Assembly (NCBI RefSeq): GCF_009834535.1
Contig: NC_045697.1
Span: 40,550,001 to 40,614,000, forward strand
Direction of reading: 5' to 3'
From: Camelus ferus
Lineage: Eukaryota
Length of the DNA: 64,000 bases
Shown here piece by piece: positions 52,494-64,000 of this stretch. Position numbers and translations under genes: made by a program. The notes beneath the pieces were generated by a model, which saw only the letters and a list, made by a program, of their open reading frames with translations, was not told the DNA's origin and ran no database searches. How positions within the stretch are numbered: the stretch's first letter is position 1; each line of letters begins with the position of its first letter.

Positions 52494-52680
52494 ATGGTGC
52501 TGGAAACTTAGAAGATTATCTACTTCTATCTATCTATAGGGTATAGGAGTTTTATCGCTTTGCATACTTTGTAAATGTTCCAATGAAAACTAGAAAATGC
52601 CACAAAAATTTATTATCTATAGACCATGTGCTTTAGTCATTCTTTAAATAAAATTTTAATAAAAATTAACATCTTTACTA
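52494..52680 (+). other. SCPPPQ1: Candidate SCPPPQ1 terminal non-coding exon with tandem AATAAA (52647-52652, 52658-52663)
   Basis: Polypyrimidine ttttttctctattatag| acceptor and two poly(A) signals about 155-170 nt downstream. Confidence 0.55.
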
Positions 52681-53702
52681 ATGTCAGTTTAGAAGTATCA
52701 AAACTAATAAAACATAAGGAAATGTCATGCTGTAGGCAACTGCTTAAACTTTGTCAAAAGCTTTTGTAAGCTGTTTCCATTTTAGAGAATTCTATTAAGT
52801 GCCAGGAAGAAGCAATTTCTTCCTGCCAAACAGTAAAACTAGAATCAGACTCTTACATGCTGGGAAAAGGTCATCCTACCCTTCACCCAATAAGCAGGTC
52901 ATCCTTGTCAAGCACAAGTCTTTTATCATATACCCAACAACCAGGATTTTATGGATTTTAGAAAATTAATACCGAACATAAACCTTAATAACTCTTCCAG
53001 AGGGGTCTGAGGCAGTATCCTGAAATAAAATATTCTAATGTTTCTCCATAAAACTTATAGTCATACTAAGGGGAAAAAAGCCCCCTGTCAGTTCAGTTCA
53101 AGTTTACCACCAAAGGAATTTTGACACTAAATCGAAAAACAAAAACAAAACCTTAGACTGATTTACCTTAGCCCTTGTTCTGTTCTCTAGATACAAAGCA
53201 GGCCTAATACCTTTTACAAGTATCTGAAGAAAAGAAAACAACCACATCTCTATCCCTTAAACATCCTTTTCTTCAGATGCCCCATCTGTAGTCCAACTGG
53301 AACAAAGATGGAATTATGATAGTCCCTACCTCAGGTTGACAGGCGTTAGTATCATGGGACTTTTCCAATGGATATCTTGGCTAGAATGTGATACACATGT
53401 CCACTGAGACAAGGCAGTGCTATTGTCCTTCCTCTTCCCTGCTTCCAAGAACACCTGGAACACCAACTCTTTCCTTTCCTCTGGGAATTACAATGTTAAC
53501 AGTGAGTCTCTCAAAACCCTATGTCAGTCCTTAATAATCCTTTTCTAACAAAAAACACTTTAACTTCAAAAGACCTCCCTCCGTCTCTGTCTGACTGCAG
53601 TTCCTTTCTGAAAGTATATTTTTAATTCATTTATGGCACATACAGTTATAGCAGAGTGAAGTACATATATCAATTTAAATTACTAATTTCCTGGACACAT
53701 TT

Positions 53703-53708
53703 TTTATT
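53703..53708 (-). terminator. NUDT9: Candidate NUDT9 polyadenylation signal (AATAAA on the minus strand)
   Basis: TTTATT on +, about 650 nt past the NUDT9 stop. Confidence 0.4.
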
Positions 53709-54359
53709 CAGCATTTTTGGAAATGAGAACATAAGCTGGTTTACTGTTCTTGATCTGTATTGACTAAAAGAGTGACTGCAATTTCCTCATAAAACCGACT
53801 CTAAAGTCAAGAATAAATAAGGTTTCCATTTTTGAAATCAGTTTCAATAAGATCATTTAAAACGAGATGTGAAGCAAATAATTTAAAGATAAATCAGATT
53901 ATACAACAGTGGTTGGTGCTGCTCTGAAAGAAGCTTGATACTGGCAAGAACATTCTTCAGATCCAAGATCAATTGGAAAAAAAAAAAACCAACTGACAAA
54001 CAAGAACTACATGGAAAGTAGAAGTTATAGCTGAACAGAAATTTATCATTATTCAGATTCTGATTCTTTAAAGAGTATCAGTTGCTTAAATTTGGTTTAA
54101 GCCATGCTTAAACAGAATACAAACAAAATACAATTGTGTATAGTTCTTTGGACAGGGAAGCAGGAAATTCTGTGTTCTGTTTCACCATATTTACTAATTT
54201 TGTTCTGATGCAAAACCTTTTAAATGCAAATCATTTTGAAAGTGAATAAAGTGAATTTCCAAGTGACCTACCCTGCCCTTTTTACATGTGAGCTCTGTGA
54301 TCTGCCTTCTTTTCAGCAATGCTCCTTTGCTGGCCTTTGGCTTTTCTGGAGCTGGAGAG

Positions 54360-54538
54360 CTATAACCCATGGCAGTCAGTTTCAGAGTCCTCACTCCAGT
54401 GCGCATCTCGTTTCTCTGCCACAAGTTTGATGAATTCAGAGTGACTAGCATAAAGCTTGAGTTTATCACTGATGTCCACCCATTTCACTTTTCCAGCATC
54501 ATCTCCAGCTTCTAGAGTAAGGTTATCCATTATCTCAC
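54360..54538 (-). CDS. NUDT9: NUDT9 last coding exon ([58 protein letters not shown])
   Basis: Minus-strand acceptor at 54539-54540; TAG at 54360-54362. Confidence 0.95.
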
Positions 54539-57500
54539 CTGCTTACCAAAGAGAAAACATCGTCAAGAAAAAGTAATTTATATATTCATTTCTTTTTCAG
54601 CAGAACTCTGTATCTTCAAGTATTCTCACTAAAAATAATCTTAAATCAACATTGTATTAGGTGGCCAAGTGAATTAAAAACTAGAATATTCCAAATTTCC
54701 TAAATGCCCAAATTTTAACCAAGTTTCTAAATTTTAAGTAGAGGAATCAGTAAGAAAGTTTTTCTCTTTATGAAGTAGAACTATTATCCTTAAAAGAAAA
54801 GAGTTCACATTAAATAACCATGAAACCTCATATCAAAATTTCAGAGGGATTAGAGACTTAAATTTTAAAAAATGAAAGAAAACAAGTTATTGATGACTCA
54901 TTTTATAGTTTTAACGTAACTGGAGTTTTCTAAGCATGATACCAAATCAGAAACCATAAAATATGTATAGTTATATTTATAAGTACATATAAACACATTT
55001 TATTTAAAATATTTATCAGTATAATTATCAAAAATTAAAACAAATGCTCTCAATCACTGTTGGCAATGTAAATGGCATGTTTCTGTAGGACAATTTGATA
55101 ATGTTTAATCACAAGTTTTTAAAAAGCAAATGTTCGGGGGTAAAGTATAGCTCAATGGCAGAGTGTGTACTTAGCATGCACGAGGTCCTGGGTTCAATTG
55201 CCAGTATCTTCATTAAAAAATAATAATAATAAGTAAATAAACCTAGTTACTCTCTCCCCAAAAGAAACTGCATTAAAAAAACAAACAAAATATTAAAAAA
55301 CAAACAAGCAAAAAGCAAATGTTCTTTGATGAGCATTCATTCAACAAATATCAGAATCTCTTATGCACCAAACTCTGTACTAGGCACTAAGGATACAATA
55401 AACAATTCAGCACTTCCACTTCAAAGGATTTATCCTAAGGAAATAAAGACAAACCTATTGAAATACTCAAAGCAATATTATTTATAATCAAAAAGAAAAA
55501 TATGGATATAACCAAACTTTCCATCTAGAAGGCACAGATTAAATAAGACAGCTGTGCGGTGGACTCCCATTTAGTCATTAAAAGTGAAGCAGACCTATAA
55601 AAACTGACATAGAAAGATGTCCATAATATATTTTTAAGTGAAAATTCAAGTAACAAAATAGAATGCACAATGTGAGTCCATTTCTATTTTAAAAACAGCT
55701 ATACAAAATTTGGAAGAAGCTAAATCAAGATGTTAACAGTGGTCTTTGGGAAATGAAATAACTGGTGCTTTAAAATTTTTCCGTTTTATGTCACCTATTT
55801 TCTAAATAATTCACTATAAACATACATATCCTTTATCTTTATAATGGTTATCTTAAAATAATAAAACAATACAGTTATTTCTTAAAAGAAAAGAATCTAA
55901 TATTTTAGCCCATAGGTTTCTAAATCTCAATGCTAAAATGACAGCTCTTTGTGTATCCTCATTGCAACTACAACATCCAATTGACAATGGAGAACAAAAA
56001 TTAAAAAGTAAACCTGAATCTAAAAGTTAAATTAAAATATCTGATTATCTAAATAACAATGTCCTCCAATAATATGCTCTTTATCGGCTCTAATAATGTC
56101 TGAAAAGCATCCTTCCCTCTGGTTACCTAATAAATTACCCAAAACAAAATTCTAAAAAGTTTAAAGTTTACAGTCTGACATGTAAAGAGCTTGGAAGTCA
56201 TCACTCCTATCCTAACAAACATGAAAAATTTGAACAAACTGAAAATCAACAACTCTTCTTGGATCCATCAGAGAACTGAGGTCACAGGGCACAATGACAC
56301 CCTGAAAACTGGAGAGAAAGGCCAATAATGAGAATCACAACTTACTGGAAACAGAAGCCCTCCACTGGAGTCAGCCAGTGGTAGAAATTTTTAAAAGGTA
56401 ATTGACTACTTTATGGAAATTGATCTGTGAACTAGATTGAGAGATAAAATCTCCTAGAGGCCCAATCTTGGGATGGGTGGATCACATTTTCATGAGTTTT
56501 ACCTCCAGGTGAAGACTGGAGAAAAATTCCCACTTGCTTCCAACAGAGAAATGGAGAAGGTAACCATTCTGAAATACACCCAGAGCGTTCTGCACTTATG
56601 GAAAACTATTTCACCAAGTCCCAACCAGCCTGGGGGAAGGGAAATACCCAGCGCTAGCCTTCCGTCTCACCTAAGGAGTGTGAGGGTGGAAGGAGGAAAC
56701 TGACAAGCAGATGTAAAGGTCACAGCCCCGGGGGCACAGGCTCACCGAAAGACTAAGACTTAATCACTGGGTTCTCCTATGATTCTCCTCCCTCTACACC
56801 TCACCACTACATCAACAGGGTTTCCATAAAATAACAGGGGAATACAACTGAAAGAACTGCATGGCTCAGACCTTATTTAAGTAGTCTCTAGGGAAACCCA
56901 GAGATAACAGAAGAGAAGAAAACAAAAACAAAGCTGGAAATTTTAGCCTACGACACAGTCACGGCAAATAATAAGCACTGCCTAACTCCTAGTCAGGTAA
57001 AGACAAAACCTCACACTAAAGGTCTATTTGCCTCAGTCCCTTTTACTGTATACATCATGTTCATCTTTCAAAATAACTAAATTCATGCTAAAAGGCAAAA
57101 AGCACAGTCTGAAGAGACAAAGCAAGCATCAGAATCAGACTCAGATATGGTAGAGATCTGCAATTATCAGATCACAAATTTTTTTTTAAGTATAGAGAGA
57201 GAATGAAAGGGTGAAAACAGTGATTTGAACCACTACATAATCAACCTCTAAAGGATCATTGTTTTTCCAAAAATAAATAGCTAACAAATTTATCATACTT
57301 AAATTGTAGAGGCCTGCTTCTAAATTGTATTTGCATACTTCTCCTTCTGAAATATTTCTTCTAAGTTCTCAATACCAGGATGAATTCTCCTAATACTTTG
57401 GCTGAAGTTTTTATATAGAAATAATGAACCTGGTGCTAGGAGTTTCCCCAAGTTCAACAAGAACATAAAAGTGACACATCTTCCAGCCCATTTTATAAAG

Positions 57501-60500
57501 AAAAAACTGAGTCCAAGAGAATAAGTGATTTACACAAATTTACACAACTAAGAAGCCATGGGTAGAACATTCAGTTTTCTAATATGGTACCCTCATTTCA
57601 ATACAGATGAAACAAAATTTTAAAGTATCATCCAATTTAACAATAAAATGTTTCAAAAGAAGCCAGCCATTCAGTATATAAATTAAAGATCATAATTAAT
57701 TTTTAAGATAGCAAATTCCCCCTCTTTTATAATAACAGATTTGATTCCCACTTACCCCCCTAAAATTTTTAAATCCGTAGACCAGAAAAAGCATTCACTT
57801 TAAAGTTTTTTCAATACTTGGTAAGTTTTTTGTTATTGTTTTGTATTTCAATAATGCATGCTTATTTCAAAATTATTTCAAACAGTAATACAGATATAAA
57901 TCCCATTTCCTTTATCATAGCTATACTTCATCCTCAAATCTCCAATTGCTTTTGTTTTTGTTTTACATAGATTCATACTACATAAACAATTTGACAACTT
58001 TAAGACATATAATTTTAGTCTATAAATTCAAAATTAATTTTATATGCCACCAGTGGATTAAAGGAAATTAGTTACTGATAACACTTTTAAAGCTTTCTTC
58101 TACATATTCTTTTAATATCAATAATTTGGTTTCATATAAATATAATCCTACAGTCAGTAGCTGATTGACTTAAAATGCTAAAAAGTCCAGATTTAATTAT
58201 GCCCTAGTAGGCTGCTTGACCGAAATTGATCCTCTAATTCAGTTGGCTTAATAAACATAAGTAAAATTACCTGTTTCATCATGGTAGTTCACAGCTTCTG
58301 TCTCTATCCATGCATTATCAGTGTTTCGAGGATCATCAACATACCCCTTATATATCTGTTTTTAAAAGGAGGCACAGAAAAAAAAAAAGTGTAGGGTGAA
58401 ATAGGAAAAAATAGGAATGGGTAGAGCAGAACATTTACCTTCAACAGAATCAGAAATATTCTGTTGCAAAACAATGCATATTTAATTAACGTTATTCAAC
58501 TGTACACTTAAAAATGGTTAAGATGGCAAATTATACGTTATGTGTTTTTTACCAACACGCATAGAAAATGTAAATATCATAGAACCTTTAATGTAGCATC
58601 CCATATGCTTGTTTTAAATTCCAAGGGAACAATATTCTCATGAACATTCTGAGGCAGCTTTAAAATCCACAAAACCCTCAACACTTTGGACTCTAACTTC
58701 AGAATCTGAGAATAGTCATATTTGGGCCATAAAATTTTTATAAAGACTCTATAATTTAAGTATTTTTCTGTTTTAATAATCCTGTGATTATAGTTTTAGA
58801 TACACAAAGATAGATTCTTCTAGTTAAATAAAGATCTATAAGGAACGTTAGTAAAGACTAGTATTTCAGCTATTAATACATGAAAAGATTTGGATCTAGC
58901 CATCTAACACAAATGTGACCCAAAACCTAAACAACATAGATAAATAATTAAGAAATCCTAATTCTAGAAAGAAAACAAAGCAATTCAAAAGAAAATGTAT
59001 CCTTTTCCTCATTATTCGTGCACATATACCTTGTAAAGTGATTTCTTAAATCACAAAGGGTGTACAGACAAAATAGACATGAGACTTAAATGGTTAGGAA
59101 CCAGAAAAACTCTAAATAATGTAATTTAAAATGTAAATGTCCTCTCAAAAAAGCTGAATTCATGCATTTTTTTAAAAAAAAGAAAAGGTTTTCTGTTAGA
59201 TGAGTGAGCTCAGTGGTACATTAGCTCACATTCAGTCTAAGGAAAAACTAAGAGGAAAAAAATACATTATACTAAGTGATGCAACCAACCTAAAGTTGGG
59301 CTATAAAAATTTAAATAGACATCTATTTACAGTGAAGATCTACTATAATGTAATTTATTCTTATGAATATGTATGTATTTCAAATACACAAGTATTTCAC
59401 TTTATTCAAAAAATGATCTACCAGATTTCCAGGTGAACTTTTAAGTAGTTTTCATTAATCCACAGGACTAAATCCTTCTTAGGAACCACCATTTCTTACC
59501 ACTAGATGTTCCTGGCTGAAGAGTTTATGCAATTGTTCCTCTAATTCTCTCTTTTCGGCACTGGATTTCTGTAAGGAGTTGAGAGCTTCCTCACCAAATT
59601 CTCTTTTCAGTGTGGCACTAATCTTCTCTCCTGGATCCACCATCCCCTAAGAGACATTTTTGTAAACAAACAAAAAGTAGTAAGCTCTAATTCAATCAAT
59701 AAATATTTACTGAGAGATGTAGTGGACATATATTGCTCTATCTGTTCATAATCATCTGTGTTCTTCTCTAAATCATTTGTTTCTAGTAGAAGCAGTCTAG
59801 AAGGGTATCTCATATGTTCAACCACAGTAACTGGTCCAAGGTTAGCCTATGGTAAACTGAGCCAATCAGACTCCTTTCCTGGTATTTTTCAAACTCAAGC
59901 CATGGAAGGAAAGGCTGGAGGCAAGAAAGACTATAGCAAGCTGATACTTTCCCCATTGGCTATTCAATTCCAGCCCTACTGACCTCAAAGTTCCTGGAAT
60001 GTGCCAGACATACCTCAGTCTTAAGGTATCTGCCCTGCTATTACTTCTGTCCAGGATGCTTTCCCCAGATAGCCAATGGTACACTCATTCACCTCCTTCA
60101 GATCTTTACTCAAACGTCACCTTTTCAGGGAAACTTCCTCTAACCACCCGATTTAAAATTGCAAACTCTCAAACACTTCCCAGTCCCCTTCCTTACTTTA
60201 TATTTTTCTTAATACTTACCACCTTCTAACATACAGTAACTTATTTATCTTATATAATTTATTTATCTTATATTATTTATCTTATGTCTCCCCCACTGGA
60301 GTGTGAGCACCAAGAAGACAGGGATGTTTATGTTGCCCTGTTGTATCCCCAATGCCTAAAATATTAGCTGACAAAAGACAGATACTCAAAATATATATTG
60401 ATTAGATGAATGACTCACAAAATGATACTAATGACAACAGTTCCCTGATCAGAATTACAAATGACAATAAAAAGATAAGATCTTATGATGATGTCATTAT

Positions 60501-62632
60501 TGTATTCCGCACTCAGCATGAGTGAAATTTGACTATTTGGCTCCTAATAATTAGCTTAAGCTTTTATCAGTCAGCTGTAATCTTTATTTTCATTCCATTT
60601 TTATCCTACAAAGAAAAGCCATCCTTGGGGATAGCAATATGTGTATAAAGAGTCATCTTCTTATCAAACTATCTCCATTTCACAATATGGCATAAAATAT
60701 AAAACCCTCTACTGAACGTATACACATTTTTAACAGCCACTTGAAATATACTATTGACATGGACTCAATAAAAGCATATTCTTCCTGACATTATGGAAAT
60801 TTAAAAACTATAAGAAATAGTAAGTAATAAAAGTTATCTTTTTATTATGTCTAAAGTTATCAGAATTCAACCAAAAAATACTAAAAATCTTTTCTTGGGC
60901 TTGGAATAGGGGTTGGGTTCTGAGACAGGACCCAACATTAATAAATATCTAATACACCAGGTGCTTTGTGCACTCCCTCTAATAATCCTATGAAATAGAT
61001 ATGATTATCTTTAAAGTGAAGGACTGAACTCCATATCACTCAGCTCAAAGTAGAAAGGCCAGAACACAAGCGTAGGTCTAACTCCAAAGTCCATGTTCTT
61101 TCCCAAGGGTTTTAGAATTAGACTCAGATTCTAACAGCTTTGTTGTATTATCCTACATTTGTTTTGTTTTTTTCCCAAATGCAAGAACTTTTTTTCCTTT
61201 TTTTCCTCCTTTTTATTGAGTATGATTGATTTACAATGTTGTGTTAGTCTCTGGTGTACAGTATAGTGATTCAGCTATATATATTATACATATTCTTTTT
61301 CAATATAGGTTGTTACAAATTACTGAATTTAGTTCCCTGTTCTATATTCAATAGGACCTTGTTTATCTATCCTATATATAGTAGTTTGTATCTGCTAATC
61401 CCAAACTCCCAATTTCTCCCTCTCCTGTTTCCCCTTTGGTAACCATAAATTTGTTTTCTCTGTCTGAGTCTCTGTGTTTTGTAAGTAAGTTCATTTGTAT
61501 TATTATTTTTTTTTTTTAGATTCCACATATAAGTGATGCCATATGATATTCTTTCTCTGACTTACTTCACTTAGTAGGATAATCTCTAGGTCCATCCATG
61601 TTGCTGCAACTGGCATTATTTCATTCTTTTCTATGGTTGAGTAATATATTCCATCATATATTATATATATAGAGAGAGAGAGAGAGAAAGAAATACATAT
61701 ATAGATCTCTCTATATATATATACCTCACAACTTCTTTATGCAGTCATCTGTCAGTGGACATTTAGGTTGCTTCCATGTCTTGGCTATTGTAAATAGTGC
61801 TGCTATGAACACTGGGGTGCACATATCTGTTCGAATTGGAGTTTCCTCCAGACACGTGCCCAGGAGTGAGATTGCTGGATCATATGGTTAATTCCGCTTT
61901 CAGTTTTTCAAAAGGTCTGCATACTATTTTCCATAATGGCTACAACAAACTACATTAACACCAATAGTGTAGGAGGGTTCCCTTTTCTCCACACCACCTC
62001 CAGCATTTATCAACTGTGGACTTTTTAATTATGGCCATTCTGATCGGTGTGAGGCGATACCTCATTGTAGTTGTGATTTGCATTTCTCTGATAATTAGTG
62101 ATCTTGAGCATCTTTTCATGTGCCTATTGGCCATCTGTATGTCTTCACTGGAGAAATGTCTGTTTAGGTCTTCTGCCCATTTTTTGATTAGGTTGTTTAT
62201 TTTTTTGTTATTGTGTTGTATGAGCTGTTTGTATATTCTGGAAGTTAAGCCCTTGTCAGCTGCATCATTTGCAAATATTTCCTCCCAGCCTGTAGGTTGT
62301 CTTTTTGTTTTGTTTATGGTTTCCTTTACTCTGCAAAAGCCTACATTTGTCATTGACAGTGACACTTCATTGCAGTGATGAATGACAAAAGAATTACTAA
62401 CTGAAGTAGGGAGGAATGGAGAATAAATGGAGTAGAAAAGATCCATAAACAGTAACATTATAGTAAGAAAAACAATTAAAAAGAACTTAAAACATAATTT
62501 GACTTAACTTTAATGCTTACCCCTGGGAGTGCCCATTCTCCACAGTCTTTCCTTTTTATTGCAACAAACTGTAAGATGTTTTTCCCAGAAATAGGATTGG
62601 TGATTTTATTTCCACTTCTATCCCTTTTCCAC
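54360..62632 (-). CDS. NUDT9: ADP-ribose pyrophosphatase NUDT9, 3' part (last four coding exons; the 5' part is beyond the window)
   Basis: complement join(62521..62632,59500..59646,58271..58355,54360..54538) gives WKRDRSGNK...[31 protein letters not shown]...[19 protein letters not shown]...[26 protein letters not shown]...DCHGL*; Nudix box intact. Confidence 0.96.
55136..55309 (+). mobile_element. tRNA-derived SINE (Vic-1-like) with perfect 15-bp TSD
   Basis: TSD aaaaagcaaatgttc at 55121-55135 and 55310-55324; A-box tatagctcaatggc, B-box ggttcaattgcc. Confidence 0.93.
56170..57180 (+). mobile_element. Old L1 (L1M-type) 5'-region relic in a NUDT9 intron
   Basis: aactgaaaatcaacaactcttcttggatccatcagagaactgaggtcacaggg...agacaaagcaagcatcagaatcagactcagatatgg. 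Confidence 0.6.
58271..58355 (-). CDS. NUDT9: NUDT9 exon ([28 protein letters not shown])
   Basis: [13 protein letters not shown] motif of the NUDT9/TRPM2 NUDT9-H family; 85 nt, GT-AG flanks. Confidence 0.96.
59500..59646 (-). CDS. NUDT9: NUDT9 Nudix-box exon ([27 protein letters not shown]...HLV)
   Basis: GX5EX7REUXEE pattern; 147 nt, phase 0/0. Confidence 0.96.
59985..60412. mobile_element. L2 LINE 3' relic
   Basis: cttcagatctttactcaaacgtcacctttcagggaaacttcct...ccccaatgcctaaa...atatatattgattagatgaatga. Confidence 0.75.
61163..62339 (-). mobile_element. 5'-truncated L1 (ORF2 C-terminal remnant plus 3' UTR) with 11-bp TSD
   Basis: ORF 61955..62458(-) contains [20 protein letters not shown]...[12 protein letters not shown]...[13 protein letters not shown] (L1 ORF2 C-terminus); TSD cctacatttgt at 61152-61162 and 62340-62350. 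Confidence 0.93.
62521..62632 (-). CDS. NUDT9: NUDT9 exon ([37 protein letters not shown])
   Basis: atttatag|G TGG ... GGG|gtaagc on the minus strand; 112 nt. Confidence 0.95.
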
Positions 62633-63619
62633 CTATAAATAGTAACGTAAGATCATAACTGATTTAGAACAAAGACCAAGGATCTATCTCAAGCTTGAGA
62701 CAAAATTACAAAGATGCATTTTTTTAATAACAGAGCATACATATATTTACCACAAATCAGCTAGTTTTATTTTTAAAAATTGTTTTGTATTAAAAATATT
62801 CTTTATTTGTCACTGTTACAAACCAAGACAAATGTCCACTTTTCATAAAGTATTTTATAGTCTCCATATAAAAATTCAAGATATAAATAATTTTTACTAC
62901 TTAAAGTACTATTGAAAAATTTTAAAGCAGAACAGAACTTAAAAGAAAGGTCATAAAAGTTTTTTTTTTAATCCAAGGATCCTTTTTAAGCATTATAAGC
63001 AGAGAAAAAGATCTGTAATATTTGCTTTTAACAGTTCATCCTATGTTTTCAGAAAAGCAGATTATATAATACAGGTTCATTTGGTCTCAAAAGGAGTGCT
63101 TCTCAATCTTTATCCCCTCTTTTGATAAAAGAAATTTTACTCTATCCTTTAATTTTACATTTCAAATTGAATTGCGTATTTTTAAAAGCATCAATGTAAT
63201 GTTAATTTCACAATGTGCCTTTTCTAACCACAGCCTCCTTCCCAAAGATGTTGCTAAATCTCCCCTTCTTCCCTACACACCCACCACATCTGCCTCCTCC
63301 TGCCCAATTTTACAAATAATTCTAATAGGCCCTCAGGCAAAGATAAAGATTTTGAACTTCTAACACTAAACCAAATAAGAAAGCCTATGATCGAATCATT
63401 ACTCTGCATGAGACTCAATAAAATATACTAGCTCAGAAATGAGTGTCCAAATTTCTTTATATTGTGGCTGAAGACTATGTCTGACCCATAACTCCCCCAA
63501 AAGAGCTCAGAGTCTACAGTGGAGCTAGACATGTAAATGAATAAACTGCAAAACAGAGTGACAGTTTGATAAATACAGTAAGTAGAAATGAAAGAATAAT
63601 TAGTATAAGAAGACAACAT

Positions 63620-64000
63620 CTGTTTTTAAGAATGCCAGAGAGAGGAAACAGTTATAAAATAAAATAATGTGTTCAAGAAACTAAAAGTACATTGGGGTGC
63701 GGCAATATAAGCACCAGTAAGGGAAAGATGAAAGATGAGGCTGGAGAAGTAAGCAAAGAATTCACCAAATTCATCTGCTTAGAGAGCCAGAGAATAATTT
63801 TAAGCAGGGTAAAGCCATAAATAATTTGTATTTTAGGACGCTCTCTCACTCTGACAAAAGTCTTGAAGTTGGTGTGGAGGGAAGCAAGACTGGAGGCAAG
63901 AAAACCAGCTAGGAGACTGTTACCATGATCCAGGTACAAGACGATGAGGACAGCAGGACTGAAGGCAGAGACAGTAAGAATGGAGAGAGGACAGATTTTA
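63620..64000. mobile_element. L2 LINE relic running off the window end
   Basis: gactggaggcaagaaaaccagctaggagactgttaccatgatccaggtacaagacgatgag. Confidence 0.7.

Noticed and set aside
61955..62458. 167-aa minus-strand ORF as a host gene
   Set aside because: It is a remnant of the L1 ORF2 C-terminus plus flanking intron, and the element is 5'-truncated.

Overview
Mammalian genomic DNA, AT-rich and repeat-laden. It is probably camelid, judging from its short tRNA-derived SINEs. It covers the SPARCL1 - SCPPPQ1 - NUDT9 segment at the edge of the SCPP/SIBLING cluster. (1) SPARCL1 (hevin/SC1), + strand: all 10 coding exons lie in 24794-41001 and splice into an intact 667-aa ORF; no non-coding first exon was found, so 1-24783 is probably intron 1. 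(2) A small secreted Pro/Gln-rich SCPP gene, + strand, about 43420-52680, absent from the ORF track because its coding exon segments are only 6-78 nt. Splicing by hand gives a 95-aa protein with all phase-0 introns, matching SCPPPQ1. Its exon-3 Ser-x-Glu phosphorylation motif reads SSSSQ, with no Glu. (3) The last four coding exons of NUDT9 (ADP-ribose pyrophosphatase), - strand, convergent with SCPPPQ1. The rest is MIR, L2, L1, LTR and hAT relics, young SINE/L1 insertions with target-site duplications, and microsatellites. No prokaryotic-type system (CRISPR, operons) is present. Gene and repeat names come from recognition and were not confirmed by database search.
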